A stretch of 61,341 bases of DNA, filler included, from Candidatus Omnitrophota bacterium (lineage in GTDB: Bacteria > Omnitrophota > Gorgyraeia > Zapsychrales > Zapsychraceae), in the NCBI GenBank assembly GCA_015233495.1. It is 5 parts of 5 records of this genome, joined end to end, with 100 filler letters (N's around TTAATTAATTAA, not from the genome) between each part and the next. Parts side by side here need not be neighbours in the genome. Positions count along the whole stretch, not along the records: positions 12,959 to 25,217 come from JADFXQ010000052.1; positions 25,318 to 37,421 come from JADFXQ010000053.1; 3 more parts are not named here. One strand, written 5' to 3'. This document shows positions 21,186 through 30,294 of this stretch, piece by piece (the stretch's first letter is position 1; the number at the start of each line of letters is the position of its first letter). The notes below the pieces were generated by a model, which searched no databases, was not told the origin of the DNA, and was given only the letters and a program-made list of their open reading frames with translations. The position numbers and the translations under genes are program-made.

Positions 21186-22721
21186 ATGCTGAAAAAACCA
21201 TTGCTTATTTCTTTTACCGTTTCTCGGGTTATGTTCATAATTACTTTGACTTTGGCAGCCGCGGTTTTTTCCATCCGCCCCAGCGCCGGTCAAGACGCCC
21301 CGGCCGCGGCCCCCGCCCCGGCGATAGAAAAAGGAGGGGTCATTGATTTGCTCGATTTCAATCAAGTGGAAATTACCGACGTTTTAAAACTGATTTCCCA
21401 AAAAGTTCAGCGCAATATCGCGGCAACCCAAAATGTAAAAGGCTTGATCACGGTATATTTGAAGAACATCACGATCATGGACGCGCTTAAGGTTATTGCC
21501 GATTCTTATGGCTGGGCTTTTGTGGAAGACGCGGGGATTATCAAATTCATGACCAATCAAGAATATGAAGAACGCTACGGCCAAAAATTCGGTCTCAACC
21601 AAAAAACGCTCGTCTATCATCTAAATTTTGTCAAACCGCCGGAGATCCTCAATATACTCTCCCAAATCAAAACCCAGTCCGGTAAAATTCTTGCGGATGA
21701 AAAATCCGGCACTTTGATCATCATGGATACCCCGCAAAAATCCAAGGAGATGGAAGACATTATCAAAAATTTGGATACCGTGACCAAAACCGAAGTTTTT
21801 GTCTTGAATTACAGCAAAGCGTCCGAAATATCGGAAAAAATCAACGAATATCTGACTCCTTCGTTAGGCCAGCAAAAAGTCGACCAACGCACCAGCCGGA
21901 TTTTGGTTACGGATAAACCGCAAGTTTTAGACAAAATCCGCGCGGTAGTGCAAGCCTTTGACCAGAAGCATAAAGAAGTTTTGATCCAAGCAAAGATCCT
22001 GCAAATTGTTTTAGACCATAGTCATCAGACCGGCGTTGATTGGGAAGCGATAGTCGCCGGATTTCAAAATTTGGATTTCAAAGGCAGTTTCAGCATTTTG
22101 GGCGCCACCGATAAACGCGGCAAAATCGCGATCGGGTCATTAAGCGACAATGACTTTCAAGTCATGATCGAGGCCTTGGAAACCGTCGGCAAAACCAATG
22201 TGCTCGCCAGCCCGCGCATCACCGCGGTCAGCGGAGAGGAAGCCAAAATTTTAGTGGGCACGACCAAACCGTATGTCACCACCACCACGACTACGCCGTC
22301 TTCCGGTCCGACCACCACGGCGGAAAGCGTGAATTTTATAGACGTGGGCGTCAAACTTTATGTCACGCCCACGATCAACAATGACGGGTTTATCACCATG
22401 AAAGTCAAACCGGAAGTCAGCTCCGCTACCGGACAAATCACCACCAGCAATAACAACACCATCCCGGTTGTGGATACTTCCACGGCGGAAACAACCGTGA
22501 TGATCCGCGACGGCGTGACCATCATCATCGGGGGCTTGATCAAAGAAGAAAACGTATCCACCAAAAAACGCGTGCCGATTTTAGGCGCGATTCCTCTGCT
22601 CGGCATGGCCTTCCGCAATGAAACCGAGTCGATTACCAAAACCGAACTGGCAATTTTTCTTAAGCCCATTATCATTTCCGGAGACGCGCAAGTCAAAGAC
22701 GATTCTTCGGACGCGAAATAA
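21186..22721 (+). CDS. gspD: Secretin GspD/PilQ
   Basis: N domains, VLIQAKI, LASPRI, DVGVKLYVTP, IIGGLI, VPILGAIPLLG.AF. Confidence 0.95.
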   Translation: MLKKPLLISFTVSRVMFIITLTLAAAVFSIRPSAGQDAPAAAPAPAIEKGGVIDLLDFNQVEITDVLKLISQKVQRNIAATQNVKGLITVYLKNITIMDALKVIADSYGWAFVEDAGIIKFMTNQEYEERYGQKFGLNQKTLVYHLNFVKPPEILNILSQIKTQSGKILADEKSGTLIIMDTPQKSKEMEDIIKNLDTVTKTEVFVLNYSKASEISEKINEYLTPSLGQQKVDQRTSRILVTDKPQVLDKIRAVVQAFDQKHKEVLIQAKILQIVLDHSHQTGVDWEAIVAGFQNLDFKGSFSILGATDKRGKIAIGSLSDNDFQVMIEALETVGKTNVLASPRITAVSGEEAKILVGTTKPYVTTTTTTPSSGPTTTAESVNFIDVGVKLYVTPTINNDGFITMKVKPEVSSATGQITTSNNNTIPVVDTSTAETTVMIRDGVTIIIGGLIKEENVSTKKRVPILGAIPLLGMAFRNETESITKTELAIFLKPIIISGDAQVKDDSSDAK

Positions 22722-22749
22722 TTGTGACTGTCGCCAATTTTTGCCTTCC

Positions 22750-22778
22750 TTGCCATATCCCTAAAGGGATGCTATACT
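22750..22778 (+). promoter_or_regulatory. Sigma70 promoter with palindrome in the spacer
   Basis: TTGCCA-17 nt-TATACT with extended TG; spacer contains ATCCC-TAAA-GGGAT. Confidence 0.6.
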
Positions 22779-22810
22779 TGAAACCTCTTTAGTCAAAATA
22801 AGAGGTTTTT

Positions 22811-24016
22811 ATGTATAAAATAATTTTATTGTTTTTGGCCGTCCCGTTTCTGCTGCTTTTAAGCGCGCTCAACGCGGGGGCGGACGATGCGGCTTTGCCG
22901 GTTTTTTCTTTTATCGACCACGCGGATCAATCCTTGCGCGACGGAAAAATCACCGAAGCGATCGCGGATTTAAGCCGGGCGATGATCGTTGATCCGGAAA
23001 ACCGCCCAGCGCAAAACCAATTACGCGCGATGAAATCCGGATATATCCTGCCGGCAGACGTTAAAATCCGTTTATATTTTTTTGACGATCTTTGCGTCGA
23101 TATCGAACGCTTAAACCAACAAAATCGTTACTATGAAGCCAAAATCCAAGAATTTCAAAACACCTTAACCGATTTGGGATTGGTCCTGCCGTCTGCTTTT
23201 CGCGAGGCGCTGGTGCCGGTCCGCGCGGCGGTGCCGATCAGCGACGCGGAAAAAGAACGGTTAACCGCGTTTTATGCCAACACCAACGCGGACCCTTTGG
23301 ATGTTTTGAATCAAAGCTTACAGCTTAGACGCGTTGAGGCTGACCGCCGTTTGACCCGGTTAAAAGAAGAATATCTGTATTGGCGGGACCAACAAAAGAC
23401 CCAGCTTAGTTTCGCGCACCACGGTTGCATAGTTCAAAACGGCAGTGTGCGCGTATCGACAGCGGGGTCAGTCGTCCCGGAACTGGAACAATGGCAAAAG
23501 GAAATGGCAGTGGTTCGTGTGCAGATGAATCAGTTAAAGGAGGCCTTGAATCAGCGCGACGAAAAAATCGCTTCCTTAAATCAGGATATTATGGATCTTT
23601 CTTTGTCCGTAGCGCAAGGACAGCAAGATTCCGCCCGGCAATTCGCGGAATTAAAATCCGATCTGTTGGAGCAACAAACCCTACTCGCCCAAAACGCGGG
23701 CATTTTAGAGATCTATCACGGCAAACTTGCTGATACGACGACCCTTTTAAAACAAAAACAATCCGCGGTCGTCAACCTGGCGGGCCAGTTGGATATTGCC
23801 CGGGACCGCCTGATATTGAAAGACCGGCTTTTGGCCGCGGCCCAGGAAGAATTACGCCGTCTGCAAACTGAATTGAACTTGTTGCGTCAAACTATGCCGC
23901 GACTGCCGTCCGCGCAATCGTCACAACTGCGTATGGACGAATGGCGCGTTCGTTTTTTGTCCTTGCGATCCCGCCTGGCTGATCTTAAAGAAACCATTCC
24001 ATGCGCGCTACGTTAA
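22811..24016 (+). CDS. Exported coiled-coil protein with one TPR-like motif
   Basis: Signal peptide, AIADLSRAMIVDPEN, long heptad-rich C-terminal half; AGAGG RBS. Confidence 0.7.
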   Translation: MYKIILLFLAVPFLLLLSALNAGADDAALPVFSFIDHADQSLRDGKITEAIADLSRAMIVDPENRPAQNQLRAMKSGYILPADVKIRLYFFDDLCVDIERLNQQNRYYEAKIQEFQNTLTDLGLVLPSAFREALVPVRAAVPISDAEKERLTAFYANTNADPLDVLNQSLQLRRVEADRRLTRLKEEYLYWRDQQKTQLSFAHHGCIVQNGSVRVSTAGSVVPELEQWQKEMAVVRVQMNQLKEALNQRDEKIASLNQDIMDLSLSVAQGQQDSARQFAELKSDLLEQQTLLAQNAGILEIYHGKLADTTTLLKQKQSAVVNLAGQLDIARDRLILKDRLLAAAQEELRRLQTELNLLRQTMPRLPSAQSSQLRMDEWRVRFLSLRSRLADLKETIPCALR

Positions 24017-25217
24017 GAATCATATTTTGGTTATTTTTATGTCTAGGTTGTTGCGCGGCGCCGGTCTGGGCCGGATTTGAGCCGCAAAACGCGGTGGTTA
24101 AAGTGATCGTCGCGTATAACCGCGTTGACCCTTCCCGGCCCTGGCAGTCGCAAGGCCCGCAAACCCTGACCGGTTCCGGCGTAATTCTTTCCACCAACCA
24201 AATTTTAACCAACGCCCATGTTGTCGCTGACCATACGTTTATCAACATCAAAAAAGCCGACGACCCTAAAACTTATACGGCCCGGGTCATCGCGACTGCG
24301 TATGATTGCGATTTAGCTTTGCTCACCGTCGACGACCGAAATTTTTATAAAAACACCAAACCCTTGACCCTTGGCGGGATCCCCAAGGTGCAAGATTCGG
24401 TCACCGTGCTGGGCTATCCGGAAGGCGGGGACAAAATTTCCATCACCAAAGGCGTAGTTTCCCGGATTGAAGTCATTCCCTACGCGCAAAGCTCCCGCAA
24501 ACTTTTGGCCATTCAGATTGACGCGGCGATCAATCCCGGCAACAGCGGCGGAGCAGTAATTCAAGACGGCCGCTTGGTCGGCGTCGCCATGCAGTCTTTT
24601 AAAAACAGCCAAGGCATCGGCTACATTATCCCGGTGCCGATCATCGAGCATTTTTTCGCCGATTTACGCGACGGATCCTATGACGGATTTCCTTTGCTCG
24701 GCATTGATTTTTCCGACACCGAAAACCCCGCGATCCGCAAATATTATGGGATCACCAACTTGACGGGCGGGGTCTTAATCAATAACATTCTGCCCTATTC
24801 TCCCGGCGAAGAAGTCTTAAAAGAAGGCGACATTGTTCTGGCGGTAGACGGGGTCCCCATCAGTCAAGACGGGACATTTCATTTTCGTCCTCAGGACCGT
24901 TTGACCTTGACCCATTTGATCACTCAGCACCAGATCGGCGATACTGTAAAATTTAAAATTGTCCGCAAAGCCAAGCCGCTCACCGTGCTGGTCAAAATCC
25001 ACCCGTTTACCCCCATTGTGCCCTATCCCTATCACTTTCAAAGGCCGCCGTATATGATTTACGGAGGGATGATCTTTACGGTTTTGAGCATGGATTTACT
25101 CAGCTCGTTCGGGGATCAATGGTGGGAAAAAGCTCCTTCGGATTTGATCGATTATTTGGCCGGCAACGAGCGCCTGAACCGCGAAGGCCGCCGGGAAATC
25201 GTGGTCTTGCTCGGCGT
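24001..25217 (+). CDS. HtrA/Deg trypsin-like serine protease with PDZ, 3' partial
   Basis: Catalytic triad TNAHVV / DCDLA / INPGNSGG; signal peptide; PDZ; runs into contig end. Confidence 0.93.
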
Positions 25218-25317
25218 NNNNNNNNNNNNNNNNNNNNNNNNNNNNNNNNNNNNNNNNNNNNTTAATTAATTAANNNNNNNNNNNNNNNNNNNNNNNNNNN
25301 NNNNNNNNNNNNNNNNN
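25218..25317. other. Artificial contig linker
   Basis: N-flanked TTAATTAATTAA, 100 nt. Confidence 0.97.
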
Positions 25318-25444
25318 CTTCCGTCCTAACCATAACCATATCCTCTCTGTCAACCATAACGCCCCCTTTTTATCGTTATGGTATGTTATCAGATTAGGAC
25401 ATTTTCATTTTGGCCAATTAGGACATTATCATTTTGGCGTTACA
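25318..25444 (-). mobile_element. IS left end (IS1202/ISNCY-like), copy 1
   Basis: Exact 127-bp reverse complement of 49316-49442; TGT terminus, two 22-bp internal repeats, start of transposase. Confidence 0.85.
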
Positions 25445-25583
25445 CAATTTTGACGAGATGAATTTCATTTTCTCAGAAAAATTTCCCGCCAAAATCATTG
25501 TTCACCGGGTGAACTTTGATACAATAGATTGAATTAACTAAACTGCTGGGAAGAATTTTTATTAATGGAAACGGTTGTTCCTT

Positions 25584-27467
25584 ATGCGTTGGCTTGGTAG
25601 TAAATATTATCAATGGGTCGTTGGGTTGAGCGGGATAGTTTTTTTAACCTTTTTACCGGCATTATTTGCTCCTTTTAAGACCTTGGATGATCAGTATTCC
25701 ATCATTGACAATCCATTGATCAAGAGTGTAAGTAACATCGCCGCAGTGATGCAGTCCTCCTATTTTGGCGAGGGGTCTTATTATCGGCCCTTGGTTTCTT
25801 TATCCTACATGGCGGAATATTATTTCTGGGGGCTGCGTCCTTTTTTTTATAACTTAGACAATGTGATTTTGCATTTGTTGTCGGCGTTATTGGTTTTTGC
25901 TATTTTTTTAAGGTTAGGATGGAAAAACGAAAAAAGTTTTTTCGTCGCCTTGTTATTCGCCGTGCATCCGATCCAGTGGGAGGCGGTATCCAATATCCCG
26001 GGGCGAGCGATTTTGTTAAGCGGTTTTTTTTCTTTATTGACATTTTATTGGTTTTTGGTTGGCCGGCAGGAAAATAAAAGCCGGTATTTTTGGCTGGCAG
26101 CAGGCAGTTTTATAGCCGGGCTTTTGAGCAAAGAATCCGCGGCTATGACGCCGTTAGTTCTGGGCCTGTATGCCTTATGTTCGCAAGGCTGGAAAGGGGT
26201 GCGCCGGGAAGGAAGATTTCTGTTAGCGTTGATTATGATATTCTGCGCTTATTTGATTTGGCGCCAGCATCTGGGGTATATTAAAGTTTATCATTCCGGA
26301 AGTTGGACCCAATGGGCGCTGGGGGTGATAGCTTTTCTGCGCGGGGTTTTTACTTATTTGGGTTTGCTAATCGCGCCGCATGATTTGCATTTTGACCGTT
26401 CCCAGTTATTATGGCTGAATTTTCGTTTGGTTGAGCTTTGGGAGACGCTGGGCGTTTACGCCGGGGTGGTGATTTTACTTTGGCTTAACCGCCGGAAAAT
26501 TTCTTGGGCTATCTGGTTTTTTATCGGCTGGTTTTGGCTGGAACTTTTGCCGGTTTCGCAAATTTTTTCGTCTATTGGCACGGGGCCGGGATATATTTCA
26601 CTGGCCGAACATTTTCTTTATCTCGCTTCCATCGGCGTCTTTGCCCTGCTGGTGTTGGCCGGGACAAGATTGTGTGAGGCCCAAGAGAAGCGCGGCTGGT
26701 TAACATATCGGGGAAAAATTCTGTTGCTAGTCATGCTTTTTTTCGCTCTGATCTTGACCACCGTCGAGCAATTGGTTTATTCCAGCACGGAAGAGTCAAT
26801 GTGCCGCCGCACACTACAATTTAACCCGGACAATACCCGGATCAATTTTTCTTTAGGCATGGCTTTGGTGAAGAGCCGGCGTTTGGCTGAGGGTGAAGCG
26901 GCTTTCCGTCATGTTTTAAGCCGGGACCCTTTTGATAAAAGAGCGGCGATTGCTTTAGCGCAGGTGATTTGCGATCAAGGCCGCGCGGCAGAAGGGATCG
27001 CGGTATATGAGAAAGCCGCGAATCTTCCGGGAGAGTTAAGCCCGTATTTGAAAGAGGTTTTAGAAAATAATTACCGTCATCTATTTGAAATCTACAAGAA
27101 AAAAGTCGGGGATAATCCCTATGATGCGAAAGCGCATTTTATTATCGGTATTATTTACGGTCGTCTGGGCAAACCGCTGCAAAGCATCGAGGCTTTTGAG
27201 AACGCGGTAAAGCTGGATCCGGAGAATAAAGCCGCGTTATTGAACCTGGGGTCTTTGTATGAATGGCGCGGCGAGATTGAGCGGGCGGCCGGGTACTATG
27301 GAGCGGTCTTGCTGGCCTCCGGAGTCCAGGGCTTTGAAGATATTCAGGCGAATGTCCGGTTGGGAGCGATTTTTCAGGGTTTAGGGCAAAAGGCAAAGGC
27401 GCAAAACTATTTTGATCAGGCGGACATTTTGGCGCAACAGATCAAACCGGTTCCGGTGTGGAAATGA
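25584..27467 (+). CDS. TMTC-like GT-C membrane glycosyltransferase with C-terminal TPRs
   Basis: LDD acidic loop, YYRPL, LLFAVHPIQWEAV, LLSKE, AEHFLYL, many TMs, TPR repeats; alternative TTG start 25575. Confidence 0.88.
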   Translation: MRWLGSKYYQWVVGLSGIVFLTFLPALFAPFKTLDDQYSIIDNPLIKSVSNIAAVMQSSYFGEGSYYRPLVSLSYMAEYYFWGLRPFFYNLDNVILHLLSALLVFAIFLRLGWKNEKSFFVALLFAVHPIQWEAVSNIPGRAILLSGFFSLLTFYWFLVGRQENKSRYFWLAAGSFIAGLLSKESAAMTPLVLGLYALCSQGWKGVRREGRFLLALIMIFCAYLIWRQHLGYIKVYHSGSWTQWALGVIAFLRGVFTYLGLLIAPHDLHFDRSQLLWLNFRLVELWETLGVYAGVVILLWLNRRKISWAIWFFIGWFWLELLPVSQIFSSIGTGPGYISLAEHFLYLASIGVFALLVLAGTRLCEAQEKRGWLTYRGKILLLVMLFFALILTTVEQLVYSSTEESMCRRTLQFNPDNTRINFSLGMALVKSRRLAEGEAAFRHVLSRDPFDKRAAIALAQVICDQGRAAEGIAVYEKAANLPGELSPYLKEVLENNYRHLFEIYKKKVGDNPYDAKAHFIIGIIYGRLGKPLQSIEAFENAVKLDPENKAALLNLGSLYEWRGEIERAAGYYGAVLLASGVQGFEDIQANVRLGAIFQGLGQKAKAQNYFDQADILAQQIKPVPVWK

Positions 27468-28741
27468 TAAAACTGCTGACCAAACTGGAACACCGTAACT
27501 TTCAGCGTCTTTGGTGGGCGCAATTGATCTCGCAGTTTGGCGACCGGATCACCCAATTGGCTTTGGTCGGACTGATAGCCGAGCGCCAGCCGGGTTCTGC
27601 CATGGAAATGGCGAAATTGATGGCCTTCACTATCCTGCCGGTGTTTTTGATTCAGCCATTTGCCGGAGTGCTGGTTGACCGTTGGGACCGCCGCACCACA
27701 TTGTTCATCTGCGATATTGTCCGCGGGTTTTTGATTCTATCTATCCCTTTTATTTTTATCCGCTGGCATAATTTGATCCCGGTTTATCTGATTGTTTTCA
27801 CGGTGTTTTCCTTCAGCCGGTTTTACGTCCCTGCCAAGATGTCAATTCTCCCGGATATAGTCGACAAAGAATCTCTCTTGATGGCCAATTCCTTAGTCTC
27901 CACCACCGGGATGATTGCTTTTGTGCTGGGGTGCGCCTTGGGCGGTTTTTTAGTCGACAAATTCGGGGCGAAGATGGGTTTTGTGATTGACGCGGGCACG
28001 TTTTATATTTCCGCGGTGATCCTTTTTTTCATGGCCTTGCCCATGAAACTGCGCATCAATAAAGCTCAATTGATCCGGTCCGGAAGGGAACTCGTCGGCC
28101 AGATTCGGCAGTCGGTATGGACGGAAGCCCGGGAAGGCATTATTTATTTATTCCGGCAAAAAGAGATCCGGTTTGTGATTGATATGTTGTTTGTGCTCTT
28201 GGCTGCGGCGGGTTCTGTATACGTGGTAATTATTGTTTTTATCCAGCAATCGTTTCACAGCATCACCCGGGACCTGGGCGTTTTAGCTGTGGCATTAGGC
28301 GGGGGATTATTTTTAGGCGCAGTGCTTTACGGAAAATGGGGGAGGCGGTTTGGTCCGTATCGGACAATATTTTTTTGTTTAACCTTAGGCGGCATTTGTT
28401 TAACCGTGTTCGCCGGCACGGTTTATTATTCTCCCAACATTTTGTCAGCAATTATGTTATCCTTTATATTGGGCGTGGTGATCGGTCCGATTTTTATAGC
28501 CGCCAATACTTTGGCCCAGGTTGTGGCGGATGATCAAATGCGCGGCAAGGTATTTAGCGCCATGGAGATTGTGATCCATTTTTCGTTTTTGGTGTCCATG
28601 ATGCTGAGCGCCTGGATTTCGGAATATGTGTCTAGGTTTTGGATCTTATTGTTCGTCGGATTCGTGGTTGCCGGTGTCGGCGTGGTGGGATTTTTTAGGA
28701 TCAGATATGAGGAACAAAAACAGGCAGCGCCTGCCTGCTAG
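27464..28741 (+). CDS. MFS transporter (DHA3/MefA-like)
   Basis: NFQRLWWAQLISQFGD, GVLVDRWDRR motif A, about 12 TMs, RGKVFS. Confidence 0.92.
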   Translation: MIKLLTKLEHRNFQRLWWAQLISQFGDRITQLALVGLIAERQPGSAMEMAKLMAFTILPVFLIQPFAGVLVDRWDRRTTLFICDIVRGFLILSIPFIFIRWHNLIPVYLIVFTVFSFSRFYVPAKMSILPDIVDKESLLMANSLVSTTGMIAFVLGCALGGFLVDKFGAKMGFVIDAGTFYISAVILFFMALPMKLRINKAQLIRSGRELVGQIRQSVWTEAREGIIYLFRQKEIRFVIDMLFVLLAAAGSVYVVIIVFIQQSFHSITRDLGVLAVALGGGLFLGAVLYGKWGRRFGPYRTIFFCLTLGGICLTVFAGTVYYSPNILSAIMLSFILGVVIGPIFIAANTLAQVVADDQMRGKVFSAMEIVIHFSFLVSMMLSAWISEYVSRFWILLFVGFVVAGVGVVGFFRIRYEEQKQAAPAC

Positions 28742-28750
28742 ACAGGCAGC
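28721..28750. repeat. REP-like CTGCCTG/CAGGCAG palindromes
   Basis: CAGGCAG-CGC-CTGCCTG-CTAGA-CAGGCAG across the MFS stop; related to 3524 and 33569. Confidence 0.55.
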
Positions 28751-28777
28751 GGGCAGTAGGCTACGGGGAAAAATATT

Positions 28778-29383
28778 ATGAAATTTGCGGTTTTCGCTTC
28801 CGGCAACGGTTCTAATTTTCAGGCGATTGATGCCGCGGTGAAAAATGGTCAAATCAAGGCCGAGCTCGCTTTGCTTTTTTCCAATAACCGCAAGGCCTAT
28901 GCCTTGCAACGGGCGCAAGACGCGGGAGTGCCGACGCTGGAACTAGTTCCCAAAGAATACGCGAATCCGCAGAGTTTTGAGCGCGACTTGGTTATTTATC
29001 TTAAGGAACACGCCATCGATTTTATTGTTCTTGCCGGGTATATGCGGATCTTAACTCCCTATTTTGTACGGGAATTTCCCGGTAAAATCCTCAATATTCA
29101 TCCATCCTTATTGCCTTCGTTTAAAGGCATGAATGGGATTAAAGACGCCTTCACTTACGGGGTCAAAACCACCGGGGTCACGATTCATTTTGTCGACGAA
29201 AAAATGGACCACGGACCCATCATCTTGCAAGAATCGTTGGCTATCCGCGAAGAGGACACCTTGGAAACCTTGGAAGTCCGGGTTCATGAATTGGAACATC
29301 AGCTCTATCCTCAGGCGATCGCTTTATTTTCGGAAGGGAAACTTAAGATCAAAGGTCGGAAAGTCCATATTATTTCACTGTAA
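28778..29383 (+). CDS. purN: Phosphoribosylglycinamide formyltransferase
   Basis: ASGNGSNFQA, LAGYMRIL, NIHPSLLP, GVTIHFVD..MDHGPII. Confidence 0.97.
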   Translation: MKFAVFASGNGSNFQAIDAAVKNGQIKAELALLFSNNRKAYALQRAQDAGVPTLELVPKEYANPQSFERDLVIYLKEHAIDFIVLAGYMRILTPYFVREFPGKILNIHPSLLPSFKGMNGIKDAFTYGVKTTGVTIHFVDEKMDHGPIILQESLAIREEDTLETLEVRVHELEHQLYPQAIALFSEGKLKIKGRKVHIISL

Positions 29384-30260
29384 ACTCCTGCCCCGTGGCC
29401 AAATTCTTCAGGCGGATTTCAACATAATTTTTAAAATCGTAAGCCGCTATGGTTTCTTTGACGACTCGGCCGATTTCTTGGCTGGCGTTTTCGGACGGGG
29501 GGAAATCACTGCGTTGATATTTGAAATTGACGCGGTTTTTGATTTGTTTTCCCAGAAATTCCGGCCAGGTGAGTTCGTTCCACGGCAAGTGGCGTCCGTT
29601 AATGTCGCTTATTATCCCGCTATCGCCGCGGATATCAGAGACAACCCGTTTCATCCATTCATCTAAAGGCAGTTCTCCGGACACCGACATGGTTTTTTTA
29701 AAATCCGTGTAGGCGAAAATATTTTCAATTTCAATGCCGCGTTTGACGTCCGCGAATACCATGACGATAAAGTCAGGAAGTGGATCATCTTTTTGGTTGT
29801 CCGCGTCGAGAAAAACTTCCTTTAAAGTCCCCATAATATCTCTTTGGAATTTTTGATAGCTTTCGCCGTAATCCGGACGGTAACCGTTGCTTATTTTATA
29901 CTGGCGGGTTTTTTGGGTGTCGTATTCGATAAAAAAATCTCCGTTCCGCATGTCCGCGTCGATAAAGGCCAGATTGATTTTTTCTTCGGCTTGTTTGGAT
30001 TTTTGCGGGCCGAACGGGTCGCTGCTCATCTCAAACAGGCTGTCTTCGAGCGGCAGATAGATCCAAAGCGTTTTTCCGATTTGCTTAGCTTGGAGAGGAT
30101 AAGGCGCTTTGTCCTGCAGCAGTTCTTCCCGGCCGACTTTGAGAAATTTTTGCAGGGCGGCCGAAGGTTTTTGGTCGCGCGGCCGTTCAACCAGATCGCA
30201 ACCAACCAGGAGCGTCAGGGATAAACAGCAGAGTGCTCCAAAATACAAAGTATATTTCAT
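29370..30260 (-). CDS. Hypothetical lipoprotein
   Basis: Lipobox LVGC after a hydrophobic stretch; downstream of ftsH. Confidence 0.75.
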   Translation of the reverse strand: MKYTLYFGALCCLSLTLLVGCDLVERPRDQKPSAALQKFLKVGREELLQDKAPYPLQAKQIGKTLWIYLPLEDSLFEMSSDPFGPQKSKQAEEKINLAFIDADMRNGDFFIEYDTQKTRQYKISNGYRPDYGESYQKFQRDIMGTLKEVFLDADNQKDDPLPDFIVMVFADVKRGIEIENIFAYTDFKKTMSVSGELPLDEWMKRVVSDIRGDSGIISDINGRHLPWNELTWPEFLGKQIKNRVNFKYQRSDFPPSENASQEIGRVVKETIAAYDFKNYVEIRLKNLATGQEFTVK

Positions 30261-30294
30261 GACAATATTTATTCCCGCGTTTTACCTTCAGCGG

